This document shows positions 22,895 to 36,801 of a stretch of DNA of 64,000 nucleotides, in pieces. The position numbers and the translations under genes were made by a program. The stretch comes from Pseudovirgaria hyperparasitica. Lineage: Eukaryota. The first letter of the stretch is position 1. Every line of letters begins with the position of its first letter. Under the pieces are notes generated by a model. The model ran no database searches and was not told where the DNA came from. It saw only the letters and a list, made by a program, of their open reading frames with translations. The stretch lies in the NCBI GenBank assembly GCA_010093815.1, contig ML996567.1; one strand, written 5' to 3'.

Positions 22895-25800
22895 CTACCT
22901 CGCGCTCCGTAAATACCCTATCACACCTCCACAGTACCCAACAAGCCTGCCCAGCCTCGTCTTCTCTTCTTCCTGCACCACCCTCCACTCCCGCAGTTTC
23001 TCTATCGTGCCTTCGTCCCCCACGATGGTCTCGCCGTGCACTCTCAACAGCACCGCCATCCACGCCTGCACCAACTCGTAATCCCGTCGTTGCCTCAACC
23101 GCACCGTCAGCGCGGAAATCAACACGGGAAGTTCCATCGGAGTCAGCGAGCGGAGCGCAATATCCGCCGCGGGAGGCGGAAGCGCAGATAAATGCGTGAA
23201 CAGCGGCACCGGGTCTTGTTGCGCATGCGAAAACTCTGCAATGAGCTTGCTGAACGCGTCGGGGGCAGATGACATCAGCGAGGCTTTCGTGACGCGTGAT
23301 ATGGGCCCTGCTGTTGACGCGAGCGCTCCGTCGCCGGATGTCTGGGTTGTAGTGTTTGCGTTGGCGGTGCCTTCGGGCCCCTGGTTGAGCGAGGGGAGAA
23401 AGAAGGGTGCTTTGACGGGTTTCTTAGGGGCCTCTATGGGCTTGTTTCGGGCGCGTATGGTGTCGAGGTGGAGGAGGTTCTGCCAGCGGGATTTAGGGAC
23501 GAGACTGAGGGTCGTTAGACTCTCGCTGAGCTGGTCCAGGGACGGGGCGGATGTCTGAAGGTCCTCCTCCTCGTCGTCGTCGTCTCCGGAGTCGGAGACG
23601 AATGCGCCTTCGAGCACGTTCTGGCCGCCTTCGCCAGAAGCTGTGGGCATGGCCGTCTCGGCAATCTCCTCGTCGGAGATGTGGCGTTTGGGCACGTGGG
23701 CGAAGAGCGAGCGGTTGGTCCAGATACTAACACCAACGCTGTCTTCCTGGGCGGTGGCGAGGAATTCGCCGGTGTTGGAGAATGCGAGGGCGGTACATGC
23801 ACTGCGGAGCTTCATGGCGTCGATGAGATGGCCTGTTGGGAGATCCCATACGCGGACCAGGCGGTCCGAAGTCGCGGCAACGATCCACTGGCCATCGTTG
23901 GAGAAGTCAAGGTCAACGACCTGGGAATCTGAGCTCCAGAGCTCTCGAATGAGCTTCTTGGTTTCGATGTCGACAACGCGGACGGCGCCGTCGGAGCAGG
24001 CTAAGGCGATGAGATCGCTTTGACGGTGATATCGCATGCTTTTGATTGTGGTCGTGGGGTACCAGTCCAGTTGATGCTTCAGAACGCCCGTTGCAAAGTC
24101 CCAGAACTATACACATAGTTAGCAAATATATGAAAGCTCCCGGGTCGTGTGATTATACCTTGACTTTGCCATCAGCGCCACAACTGACAACTGTGCGATT
24201 GAGACTATCAACGACAAGACCTGTGACAGCATTCGTATGTTTTCCTTGGCCGCGATGGAATTTTTTAGGTGCGCTATATGGCTCCGCAATGATTTCTTCT
24301 TCCTCCTCTAGTTCAGTCTTGAGTCTTTGGGCTTGCTTCGGTGTCAATGGTGGAGGGAATCGTTGTCGCCTCATGCCGGATTGCAAGTTGTACATGCTTA
24401 TACTACCAGTTGTCGAGCCAACTAAAGCAAACGTTCCACAAGGAGAGATTCCCACAGTCTGTGATGATCGTAAGCGTTTTTAAAATCTTCAAGGTCGGAG
24501 TATGAGTTTCGACTTACGCTGACAGGGCTGCCGTCTCCCGTTGGAAACTTCCAGCGACCAGCCCTTTTCCTGCCCCAGAACCATGTTCTTGCCATTTTAT
24601 CCCCCTCATGGCCGGTCACAACACTCTCCCATCCAGTAATGCTACTCTCAGCTGTATCCTTAGGCCCTTTATACTTGTCCGCGGTGGTCCAGATTCCCTT
24701 TGCAGACGGAACAGCACCGATTCCACCATCTCTATTCAATGAACACGCGATACAAGTAATCTTTGGCGCCTTGAGATCCTCTAGTGTGACTCGAGAGTCG
24801 ATAGATCCGAGACCATCTGTCAAGGCTCCTGTCTTCTTTGCCTTCTTCTCGATCTGGCCTTGACTCAGTTCTGTACTCTGCCCGTCTTTCCGTAGGCTCC
24901 AGCCCCATAGACTTCGATCTCTGCTCGCACTCAGCAACCACTTACCACCACCTTCAGAGCCATCGAAGTCTGAGGGTAAGAACTGTAATGATGAGAGTGG
25001 CGCAGCGTGCCCACTGCGTGAATGCAGAATCTGGGGAACAGGGGAGAACGGCATCTCGTTGAATATCCACGTCTTCAAGGCATTGTCCATACCACTTGTT
25101 ACTAGCACAGCTTGGCCGTGTAGGAACTCGACTTTGCTGATACCACCAGAAGCACCGCTCTCTACAGATGGAGGGTTGTGTGCACCACGCAAGACACTCA
25201 TCTTTCTACCGCCTTTGTTTAGGTCCCAGAATGTGACATCTCCAGTTCCTTTGCATGCAGTCGCCATGACTCCAGATTTTGTGCCGTCACTACCGGCACC
25301 GAGACCGTCAGTGCGAAACGTGATGGATGTTACTGGGAACTTTCCGCCAGAGCCTGTCTTGAGTGCGATCACAACCTTGTCTAGTCTGATGTCGTGTATG
25401 TTCAGAGGCCCTCCTGCGTATGATATGGCGAGAAGCGAGAGCGCGGGACTTGGTTCCAGTGCGACAACTGCCCCATAGTCCGCAGATTGAGGCAGAATGG
25501 TGTATACTAATCTGCCGGTTTTGAGGTTCCAGATTTCGACGCTGCCGTCACTTCGGCCGGCAAAGATTTTGTTCAAGTAGGTTGGCATACTGCAAATCCC
25601 GCCACTCAATGTATTTCTTGATCCCGACATCAGTGTCGTGTAGTATTCGAAGTTTGAAGCCTGCCAGACAATGATCTTAGATTCACAGCACGCCACTATC
25701 CATGAGCCATAGACAAGCAGCTGCTTGACATTTTCATCGAACTCAGGAGGCTTCTCCAGCTCATCGTGCGCTTTACCACGCTTGTACAGCCATACGCCTC

Positions 25801-26215
25801 GAGCCGCATCCGGGCCATCTCCTCCCCATGCGGCCAGTGTCTGGCTGTGTTTCCAACTCGTGGTCGCAGTGATCAGTCCTGGAGTCTGTGGCCGCGTCAA
25901 GAATATGAGGCTGAGACCGCGCTTCAGATCATAAGTCTGCAGACTCCTGCCTACGGATGTCGTGATGTTGAAGGTCGTTTTGCCCAGCGCGGCGGTCGTA
26001 AAAGGCACATCGGTTGGAGACACAAGGCCTACGGTCTACTTTTGTTAGCACTGGCTGTCTCCAAGCGGCGAGAATACACCCACTCTGAACGGGGTGAAAA
26101 TCCGAGAGTGCGCGACGGCCTTCTTCGCACGAGGTTTCTTGGACTCGGCATCTGTCTTTGTGCGTTTGACGATGGGTCCGTCGAGAGAAGCGCCATTCTG
26201 GACAGTGGCTGGCAT
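22895..26215 (-). CDS. UTP21: U3 snoRNP WD40 protein Utp21 (WDR36), 4 exons
   Basis: SRIFTPFR|TVGLVSPTDVPF, WD repeats, LSLVPKSRWQNLLHLDTIRARNKPIEAPKKP.KAPFFLPS and RDYELVQAWM. Introns 26036-26083, 24459-24517 and 24107-24158. Confidence 0.93.
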
Positions 26216-26762
26216 CGCGTTGCTGCAACTCACTACTCACTTGGGCTGCGCTTCAACTTCTGCTTCGACTTCTTCTCACTGCAGCGCTTCCGCAAAAAAA
26301 GTTCGGGAGTGCTCGGACGGGACTGCAAGTACATCGTCGTGCTCAGATATACCGCAGGAGAACGCTCTTGCTGCTTGTTACAAGTGCGATGATTGATGAT
26401 TAACCTACAACTTCTCTTTTACTCTCTTTCACTCTCATGTATACTTGCTGAGCCCATCTGCTCATCTTTAATCAGTGTCCATTCTTTCACTCGTATAAGA
26501 AGTTATCATTCTCAAATCTCAACTTCCAGAGGCTTACGGCTTGCGGCTCAGATATCCGAACGAACCTTATGCAGGCCTGTGCGACTAGACACCCCTCGAC
26601 CTTGTCGGCCCTATGCACGTCATAAGGCGGTGAAAAGGCATTGGCTATCGTGTGACGCTTAAACGCTAGTCGCAAACTATCCAGGGAGTAGAGAGTAGAC
26701 CTTTCTGGATATCCCACTCTCCCTGTCATTGCGTGGGTTTCACTCGGTCCTTCACTACTCAA

Positions 26763-29700
26763 ATGGATAATAGCCTCGTCAGGACCGTCAGCAGTGAAAG
26801 CACGCGTTCGCGCGCCGCCTCCTCCCACCTTCTCACCTCTGCTACACCCTCCATTTCTGCCAATCGAAAAGGTCGCAATGCTGAACCTGGTACCACTGCT
26901 GGCGCCGTCGAGCGTGCCAGCGTGTCGATGCCTCCCCCTGCCTCTAAGTCTGTACCGAGACAGTACGCCGAGCGGAGAGCCTCAAAGGCGTCAGATACCG
27001 CGGCTGCTACCGTGTCGCTGCAGGACAATGCAGGTTCGCGGCACCTTTCCGATGCCCATCTGCTTGACGATACAGACATCACCCCAACTTTAGAAGGTTC
27101 TCACCCGCATCTAGGGACTGGTCAATTGGCTCTGCCAGATGCCATGATTCCACCTTCAAGATCAGATCCTGAACTTGAATCCAACAGAATGTCTTTTTCG
27201 TCCCTGTACTCTGTTGGTTCGGCCATATACAATGCCGCCCGGGGAACCAGCGGTACGAGCTCAATCACAGGCTCAGAGCCTGAAGGTCAGACTATCATTG
27301 GGATGAGGCATGAAACACGTCTAAAATGTGAAAACAGCTCGAGTTGAACCTCAGGTCTCTGTACATAATACAGTCAATGGTCCTGGCACGTCAGTCTCAT
27401 CATCACAGCTTCTATCAACGGCCGATCCAGTAATTAGTGGTACGCCAATTGCTGCGTCAGTGCCCTCCTTGCGAGGAAATGAAAGGCGTAACACACGCGG
27501 CCGAACTATTAACCAGAGACGGATCAGTGGTAGTACAGGTGCTGCCAGTAGTACTAGTCCAGGAAGTCGTGACTTTAGAGACGGTGAGCTTCGTCGAAGT
27601 CCCATAGGCATCATTGGAGTCTGTGCTCTAGATGCAAAAGCAAGGAGCAAACCCAGCCGCAATATATTGAATCGTCTCATTGCAAATGGGGAGTTCGAAG
27701 TCAAAATTTTCGGTGACAAAGTTATTTTGGACGAAGACGTCGAAAATTGGCCAGTCTGCGATTTTCTCATCTCTTTCTTTTCAGATGGATTCCCACTGGA
27801 CAAAGCAATTGCGTATGCTCGACTTCGAAAGCCTTTTTGCGTCAACGACATACCCATGCAAAGAGTTCTTTGGGACCGCCGACTATGTCTTAGAATACTG
27901 GATGCGATGTCAGTGCGGACACCGCAAAGAGTAGAGGTGAATCGAGATGGAGGCCCCACGATACCCTCGCGTGAAATCGCACAGCGCGTCTTTGAAAAAA
28001 CAGGGGTGCGACTTGATGGTCCAGATGACGGTACTGGTGGTGGCCTTCCCCCTTGCCAGAATGTGGAGCTTATCGAAGACGGAGATGCACTGTATGTCGA
28101 TGGCCGCATCATCAGAAAACCTTTCGTTGAGAAACCAGTAAGCGGAGAGGATCATAACATTCACATTTACTATCCGAAACACCACGGAGGAGGTGGTCGC
28201 AGACTTTTCCGAAAGATAAACAACAAAAGTTCGGAGAAAGACGAGACCATGATGACTCCTCGCTGCATCAGTGAGCCCGACAGCAGTTACGTGTATGAGA
28301 AATTTCTTCGTGTAGAGAATGCCGAAGATGTGAAAGCGTACACTGTTGGCACCGGATTTTGCCATGCTGAAACTCGCAAGTCACCAACAGTCGATGGAGT
28401 CGTCAAACGAAATCCAAACGGCAAGGAGATACGTTACGTCACGAGCTTAGATGCCGAAGAGTCACTCATGGCAGCTAAGATAGCTGAAGGCTTTGGTCAG
28501 CGAGTGTGCGGCTTCGATCTCTTAAGGGCTGGAGGTAAAAGCTACGTGATCGATGTTAATGGATGGAGTTTCGTCAAGGACAACAACGATTATTACGACA
28601 AGTGTGCCAGTATATTGAGGGACATGTTCGAGAATGAGAAGAAACGTAAAGACGGTAAACAATCATCTGCACCATCTGCAACCCCTTCAATCAATGACGA
28701 AGAAGTATTCACGGACTCGTCACATCGCTCGTCACGGCAGCGACAGCACACACTCTCTAATCATCGCGCGCAATTGAAGTCCATCTTCCGATCACCTAGC
28801 ATGTCAAAATTACTACACCATAATCCTCATGCTAATTCTCACACCCAAGGCACTACATCTCCAGATATATTGACCCAGACCACCCCAATCACCTCTCCCC
28901 CGAGCTTCGAGAATTCATACCGGCCACCGCCATCCGCCCCGCCAACTTCACAGCCAGAATTTCTCCCTCCCCCAGCGGTAGAGGAGGCGGCTACGGATAT
29001 GGCTTCGGTATCACTACCAGACGACCAAATCGCTTCTCCTGTGCCTGCGCCAGCTTCTAAGGCCCAATGGAAAATGAAAGGAATGGTTTCAGTCATTCGA
29101 CATGCAGATCGCACGCCCAAGCAAAAGTTCAAGTTTACATTCCACACCAAGCCATTCGTAGAGCTGCTCAAAGGTCACCAAGAGGAAGTGCTATTGATCG
29201 GTGAAGCTGCTCTGAAGAGCGTTGAGAAGGCTGTCAGGCAAGCCATGAAGGAAGGTGTAGAAGATCCAGAGAAGCTGAAGACGCTTGCAAACTCGCTAGC
29301 AAGAAAAGGAAGCCAGCCGGGGACAAAGGTTCAGATCAAGCCAATGTTCCGTAGGCGTAAAAAGGAAGAAATGCTACCAGGAATGGATGAAAATACCTCC
29401 GTTGAGTCGCAGCAATCACAGGTGCCAGATCTGGCCCAAGTCGGCTCGTCTCTCAATCCTACAATAGAATCGCCAGGAAAGGAAGGGAAGAACAACAAAG
29501 ACTGGATTCAAAAAAGAAGCGAATCCGTTTCCGGTGGTCTTCTATCCAGATTCGCAGCTGCAGAGAATAATTTGATCCTCGACAAATTGCAGTTGATCAT
29601 CAAATGGGGTGGAGAGCCTACTCATGCAGCTCGCTATCAAGCACAAGATCTCGGGGAGAACATGCGAAATGATCTTCTACTCATGAACCGTGAGGCTTTG

Positions 29701-31355
29701 GACAATGTTCACGTATTCAGTAGCTCCGAACGCCGCGTTACCACGAGTGCCCAAATCTTCGCGGCGTCTTTCCTCCATCAAAAGGAGGTACCTGAGGACT
29801 ATATCTCGATACGAAAAGATCTTCTCGATGATTCAAACGCAGCTAAGGATGAGATGGACAAAGTTAAGAAGAAGTTGAAAGGTCTACTACGCGATGGCGA
29901 GAAGGCTCCCACACAGTTCGCTTGGCCGCAGGACATGCCAGAACCAGCTGAGGTGGTCAAGAATGTTATAGAGCTCATGAAGTTCCATCGTCATGTCATG
30001 CGACTGAACTACGCAAAGTTGCAAGCGGGTGCAGTATCTTCACTGGCCGCTGTCTCAGAGTCCCAAAGCAGTAGCTCATCCCAATCTTCCCCCGGAGTCA
30101 ATGCCACATCCCAAAGTTCCTCTGGGGCCAATGCTATTCAGCCTAGGTGGTGTTGTGGTGAGGATCCTGCACTATTCAAGGAGCGCTGGGAAAAGCTTTT
30201 CTCTGAATTCTGTGATTCAGAGAAGGTTGATCCCAGTAAAATCTCGGAGCTCTACGACACGATGAAGTTCGATGCGCTCCATAACCGTCAATTCTTAGAA
30301 TGGATCTTCACCCCCGAGTTAAGCGAAGAAGCGGTCGAAATTGCGACTGCCGGTTCAGAGAGTACTACCAGTAGTGAGCCTCGACGAACAGCTGATGTTC
30401 CTGCCGAATTACTCAAATCGAATCCTAAAGAGCCGCATGGTGGTGACAAGCTACTTTCAGACAAAGGGTCCATTGGGCAGCGTATGGGATTTCGCAGAAA
30501 GTCAGAAGCTCTAGCTGCAGTCACCTACAAGAACCCAGTTTTCAGTTACCCGCATGAGTCGTACTTTTCGCTCTACAAAGGCATCCCAACGTCTGCAGCT
30601 TCCAGAGCGAAAGTGGACGCGCGCTTGGCCAAGCTTCGTGAGCTTTACAAGTATTGCAAAGTACTTTTCGACTATATTGGACCACAAGAGTATGGTATAG
30701 CGAATACTGAGAAACTTGAAATTGGCCTCTTGACTTCTTTGCCATTGCTCAAAGAGATCGTGCAAGACCTAGAAGAGCTACAATCTTCCGAAGGTGCACA
30801 ATCCTTCTTTTACTTCACCAAGGAGTCACATGTCTATACCTTGCTCAACTGCATTCTCGAGGGAGGTATCAAGACGAAGATTGACCGAAATGCCATACCA
30901 GAATTGGACTATCTCTCACAAATTTGCTTTGAACTCTACGAGAGCCAGAACGTTACGCCGGAGGACGAGCCCAATTCGTTCAATTACAGTATTCGCATCA
31001 CGATCTCACCTGGCTGTCACACTTTTGACCCACTTGACGTGTATGTTGTCTTTTTTGACGCTGTTGGTGGCCATTACTGACATGAGACAGACAACTTGAC
31101 TCGAAGCATAGTATTGGTATTTCACCACGCCGCAGTCTCACAGCACATCATGACTGGAAAGAGATCATTGAGACTCTTCGTGCAAGATTTCACACGTACG
31201 TCCAGGTTTGCAAGACTGTCTAAAGTTTACTAACAATGCACAGGGTGAAATTGCCTAAATCGTTTGTTGCCATCAATCTCTCAGAAAAGGTCCCTCATGC
31301 CTTCAATCTACCTAACGAGACTACCGCTTCTGAGCCAAAGGACGAGTCACTCTGA
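26763..31355 (+). CDS. VIP1: Inositol pyrophosphate kinase/phosphatase Vip1/Asp1 (PPIP5K)
   Basis: IGVCALDAKARSKP, FVEKPVSGEDHNI and VIDVNGWSFVK kinase motifs; RHADRTPKQK and FTKESH histidine-phosphatase motifs. Introns near 27286-27337, ~31041-31090 and ~31196-31243. Confidence 0.95.
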
Positions 31356-31941
31356 GCAATATTCTTACTAGGCCTCTTTGAGGCCTACATTCATTTCCAA
31401 TGGGTAAATAAAGGGCTAGTAAGTACATAGACACAGGGTCTACATTATCTTACGAGATGCTCTTTGGCATTAGTGGTATTTTAGTACAATGCACTCTCTT
31501 TGGTATTCGGTGTACGTAGAGCAAATGCATTGGTGTACAAAGCTGGTCTCACAACTGGAATCGAAGGTTCAAGCCTGTCCGTTTCAAGTGCTCGAAAATT
31601 AGATTAGAATGTGTATGATCGATTGTCTGGCTATGCCATTGTACTATAATATGGAACTGAGCATATGCTAATTCCCCAATGATTGCAGATGGCTGAGGTT
31701 ACCTTAAATAGTAGGACGCCTATGAAATTGGAATGACGCTTGATATCCCGCGTAATCCTTGAACATACACACACTAAATGTTCATTGGACGTCGAGGTCT
31801 GCATATATTCTCCCACAGAGACATGGAGCACGGGATGTGCGAACCGAACGATGCTATTGAGTCAAATCAGGTGATTCCCTCACAAAGTAGAGACAGAAAA
31901 AGTTATGAATTTCTTTCTCATTTGATCGTAACATAACAATT

Positions 31942-32709
31942 TTACGGATGAAAGCGATACAACCAGGGGAAGAAGTGGAACACCAAGCCGAAGAACAGAC
32001 GTATCGGCGCTCCTCGAGGGAAACTGACGTCCTTTGAGGTAGGACAGACTGCAACGCCTTTCATGTCGTATTGGTCCTGGTTGTCTGCAATTTCGACCAT
32101 GCCAGCTGCTAGATCCAGGAAGGAGAGTGGCATATCCGCCTTCTCCATGCTGAGACGATGACCCTTTTGACTATCATCCGTCAGCGCTCCAGGTTTCACA
32201 AAGGTTGCAGATACTAGGCCGTCGTCTTGCGCGCGAAGGTACTTCTCGGCTGCTTTGAGATCGTCGTACACGTAGGAGCTCGTGCGGTAGAGGAGCCACA
32301 TGATAGGGGCAGGGGTGTCTGGTAGAAATCGATGATCGGTGGATGAGGAGGACAGGACGACGAGCCTGGGCAGACGTTCGTTTTGGCTCTTTAGTTGCTT
32401 GAGGGCGGCAACGACGGCGTGTGCGGTGTCTTGACAGACTCTGGTGCCTGGTCGGTTACCACCTGTCTCTGCGGTGGCCAAGAAGGCGGTTTGTGTTCCG
32501 CGAAGGCAATTGGATAGTAGCGTCGTGTCATCCAGGCTGCCTTCGAAGACTTCTACCTGCTTGTTGCTGTTGATGCTAGGTTGGAGTTTGGAGAGCTTCG
32601 CCCATGAGCGGCAGTAGGCGTGTATGTGGGTTTCGGGAGACTGTAGAAGAACGTTGAGAATAGACTGGCCAACGCTCCCTGTGGAGCCAAGAATAGCGTA
32701 AGTAGGCAT
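31942..32709 (-). CDS. NAD(P)-binding oxidoreductase resembling the AflX/OrdB/AvfA/MdpK family
   Basis: MPTYAILGSTGSVG Rossmann start, IHAYCRS, PRLVVLSSSS, YDDLKAAEKYLR, FVKPGAL and LSFLDLAAGMVE. No introns. Confidence 0.75.
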   Translation of the reverse strand: MPTYAILGSTGSVGQSILNVLLQSPETHIHAYCRSWAKLSKLQPSINSNKQVEVFEGSLDDTTLLSNCLRGTQTAFLATAETGGNRPGTRVCQDTAHAVVAALKQLKSQNERLPRLVVLSSSSTDHRFLPDTPAPIMWLLYRTSSYVYDDLKAAEKYLRAQDDGLVSATFVKPGALTDDSQKGHRLSMEKADMPLSFLDLAAGMVEIADNQDQYDMKGVAVCPTSKDVSFPRGAPIRLFFGLVFHFFPWLYRFHP

Positions 32710-33955
32710 GGTGTATGAGGATCAGTGAATTTGTATAAATGTATGTCTCATGTTCACGCATCGACGAGTCCTAATATATATCTGTTGAGTGTGTCAGTAG
32801 AGAAGTTAGCTTTGATTCGGAGTCTGCGTTTCCCAGAGGGCAGGACGTCATCAATTGCCGGATAGAGGTAAACCCACGAGGCGTCAACTTCGTAGAGCCG
32901 ACCCGGGTTCTAAGAGATGTCCATGGGCCAAGGCAGTAAAGTAGGAACGATTCAATCGTATTCCAACATTTGGATGTTTCCACTGGCGAAAGCTATTCGA
33001 GCGATCGCAGAAACCGTTTATGACGTCGGCGGCCCTTGATGCGATCTACGAAGGCGCATGTTAGCGCGCGGCCTTTGAATCGACTATTCAAATTCCAGCC
33101 TTGCCTCGTGCCTCGTGCCCGATGATCATGTTATTTGGGGGTTTTGAAATTCGAGAGGTAAAGACCGATCACGAGTTTTCATCGCTGGTCTCCAGACGCG
33201 GACCCAAGGGTATTGATGCTTTCAATGCATCGGCCACCGACCTGCGTGATCCGGACGACACGGTTGTATTGGGAGAGCTGATAGACACAAGAGTCCGGAC
33301 ATATTCTAGGTGAAGATTTGCTGAGATAGTCTCAAGTGCACACGCGAAGCTACATATCTACACCTAAGACGATGTAGATATTCCACTGGTCCAAATAGGG
33401 CGAAGAGTAGACTCAGCATCACGAGCGCTGGAGTGGACGAGGATATTGTTTCTATGCCGGTATTCTCTCCACGCATCCAAGTCCAGCTTCAATGGATTAT
33501 TGTCGTCGTGCCGGCAGATCTGGATCTGAAGGAGATGAACACGTTGATAACGGGATTAGGAACTGTGAATGCCTGACTAAATGCCTTACGGTGACTGGTT
33601 TGTCGGGTTGCCCTTTTGGGACTAGTGCCCAGTCCCTCGAACTCCGAGATGGGAGAACAGGACTCCAGCTCTGTGGTATTTTGTATGTCTAATCATTCTC
33701 GCAAGACTTACCGGCGCTTCCAGTCATCATGTCTTACGGCCTGACTCACACAATGTATCTCAGCATACATAAAAGGACTATGATTCCTGATCTCTTAACT
33801 CTTTCGCAGCTTGCACTATTCAAGAGACCTGAGTGAACTTATAGTTGACCCCGCTCCACCAACGCCACCATCGTGCCTTTGACCCTCATAGCAGATCGTT
33901 GCTTCACCCGATGACCACTGATTGATAGAACTAATTGACACTCTAGCTATCAACT

Positions 33956-34857
33956 ATGCAGCATTTCACCTACCCCAAGGGCAAGGACAACAAAATCGGC
34001 CGTCACCCAGAGCGGGTATGTTTCTCGCTCTTCAATCTTCACTTACCGCCACTGACCTTTCTTCCAAGGGTCATTACGATGCTACGACTGTCCACTCCAT
34101 CGTCAACACCTCACCCGTTGCTCATGTCTCAGTCAACCCTTCTCCAGAGTCCCCGTACCCTGTCACACTGCCGATGATTGTGCGCATCGCACAATACGAG
34201 AACGATACCGAACCACACGCCTACATTCATGGCTACATCTCAGCCCGCATGTTCAAGCTGCCCAAGTCCCCTGATACTCCCAATGCTACTGAAGAAGGTG
34301 TACCTCTCAGCATTGCGGCTACGAAAGTAGACGGCCTTGTCCTAGCCCTCACCCCGTTTAACCATAGCTATAACTACCGCAGTGCTATCATCTATGGCCA
34401 CGCGCGCCTTCTCGACCCTACGGTCTCTCCGGCCGATGCTGCAGAGAATCTCTGGGCTATGCAGCTTGTGACAGACGGCATTGTTCCGCAACGCTGGGAC
34501 AATTGTCGTTCACCCCCTGATGCCGGCGAGATCGCGAGCACGCGCATACTGAAAGTTCGCATCGACAGTGCGAGTGCAAAGATCAGGGACACAGGAGTGA
34601 AGGACGACAAGAAGGATCTGAAAAATGAAGAGAACGTAGACAAATACTGGACAGGGGTCATTCCGCTGTGGGAGCACCTGGGAGAGCCAGTACCAGCGAA
34701 GACAAATGGAGCCAAGGAGCTACCAGGTTACATCAAAGATTTCGTGAGCAATTGGAACGAGAGAGTCGAGCAGGAGGCCATGGTGAGTGCAGTACCGGAA
34801 GGCATGGAGATCAAGAAGAAGGAGGGAGGTGGGTGGCTTGCTGGGTGGTTGAAGTAG
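33956..34857 (+). CDS. Flavin-binding split-barrel protein (pyridoxamine 5'-phosphate oxidase-like / NimA-like)
   Basis: Exon 33956-34015, intron 34016-34068. RHPER|GHYD, YIHGYISARM, DGLVLALTPFNHSYNYRSA, SASAKIR and WTGVIP. Confidence 0.85.
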
Positions 34858-35449
34858 TGTACGCAGATATGCTAGATTTACAGACCAATGCCCGTTCATG
34901 AAGAAAGCTCTGCTTTCTCGCTGAATCATGCGACCCCTGGTGCCTGGTACATCGAGTCTACAATTGAGATGATGATATCACCAGTACACGGCCGATAGAA
35001 GTGTAGACGAAGCTAGCCAGATGAGGCCATTGATTGACGGAGAAGGTCTGCTGTATAGTGTAATATGACTTTCAGATGGTAATGGTTGCATGCTTGAAGA
35101 AGCCAGACACATAAAAATGATATGTTTGTTGCGAAAACATCAACTTCCCCGCCCCCGCACTAATAATCGGAATTCCGCCAGCCCTATATTTGGCAGCGGG
35201 CGCGGGGCAGGGCAAAGCGGACAGGGCAAGCGAGTCATTCTCGGATCCATGGGTCGGTCCATGCACCCGTCACGAGCACTTCATCTTTAGCTTCAAGGTC
35301 ACTCACAGCTAACTGATACCTATTCTTCTTTGTGACTTACGCCGGGAGCCACCTTCATTCTCCTACACCAGCTAAGAGGTATAAACGTCACCTCTTGTCA
35401 CAAACACTTCTACAGCCTCAGCATCTCCATATCATCTCGAACAGGCACC

Positions 35450-36537
35450 ATGTTCGGCTTTATAGCAGACATCTTGACGTGAGTCTAAGCTACCTTACAT
35501 CTTCCGATTAGGCGGTGACTACAAAGAGCTTCAGCTACGGCTCACGAGATATAAAGTGTCGATGCTGACCTCTCGTCTACAGGTCTGTCATTACCGTACT
35601 CTTCCCTATCTTTGCCTCCTACAAAGCCCTTCGCGCATCCGACCCAGCCCAGCTCGTACCATGGCTCATGTACTGGTGCATCCTCTCTCTCCTGCTCCTG
35701 GTAGAATCCATGTTCGCCTTCATACTGACCTGGATTCCCTTCTACTCATGGATCCGCTTCCTCGTTCATTTTTCCCTCGTCATGCCCGGATCCCATGGTG
35801 CCACGATGCTCTATCAAGAGCACGTTGAGCCGTTCCTTGCACACCACGAAGAAGAGATCGAATATTACATTAGCGATGCACATGAGAAGGCGAAGTCCAT
35901 GGGATTGGCATATCTGAAGCTCGCAATTGAATGGGCAAAGGTCAATGTCATGGGCATGGAGCCTTCACCGCGAACACCACCGAATAGTAGAAATACTAGC
36001 CAGAACTACGCGCAACAGCTGCTAGGCAAGTTCATGATGCCTTCTGCTAGGCCTTCACACGGCTCTGGACCCGGTGCAGATTTGTATGGTCTTGTGACGC
36101 AAGCTATCTCTAGTGCTTCGACATTCTATTCAGGATCGCGAGATGCTCGAGCAGAAGAAATTCAGAGGAGTGGGACTCTTATTCCAGACGATCTCAGGGG
36201 GAAAGACGAACGCATGTTGTATGTAAATACGCAACGTGAGGGACTGCATGTGCTACTTCAAGCTTATGACCGCGAAGCTATGGACCTAGAATCCGAGCAA
36301 GAAGGTCGACCCGACTTACCCAAGAGCCGAAGTGAGGTTGACTTCGACAAGATCGATCGCGATGAAGCTTCTTCAGGCAGCGGTAGTGGTGGACGGAGGT
36401 CTCCTGCGCCTCAAGGAAGTTGGATGCCATGGAACTGGAGTGGCTCGAAGCCTTTAAGCCCTACCTCCAGACACAATCCGCGGGACAACATGACTAGAGG
36501 AAAGACAACTGGCGCTGATCCTGACCTTGCTTATTAG
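35450..36537 (+). CDS. TB2/DP1/HVA22 (REEP-like) family protein
   Basis: MFGFIADILT|SVITVLFPIFASYKALR...PWLMYW...WIPFYSWIR...GATMLYQEHVEPFL. Intron ~35479-35582 (GTGAGT...CTGAC...CAG). Confidence 0.88.
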
Positions 36538-36801
36538 ATTTCGTTATTATGACCTCATGACAACGCCATTGGCTTTTGGGTAGGCGTAAGAACTGGATTT
36601 CATGCAAGGGCGACACTCGACTGGAAGTATCACAACGTCCAGCAGGACACACAGTAAACGATTTGTAGAGATTAGATACTTTAAGCGCGCTTGTAACCAG
36701 CTCACCTACTGGCAGTGCCCCATAAATCTATGTCATCATATATGTACACAGTTCGAGAACTTGAACCAATTACAGACTCTTTGTATAGTACATACTCATG
36801 C

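Noticed and set aside
31520..31590. ggttcaagcc T-loop-like sequence suggesting a tRNA
   Set aside because: T-stem is mismatched and no acceptor, D or anticodon arms can be formed.
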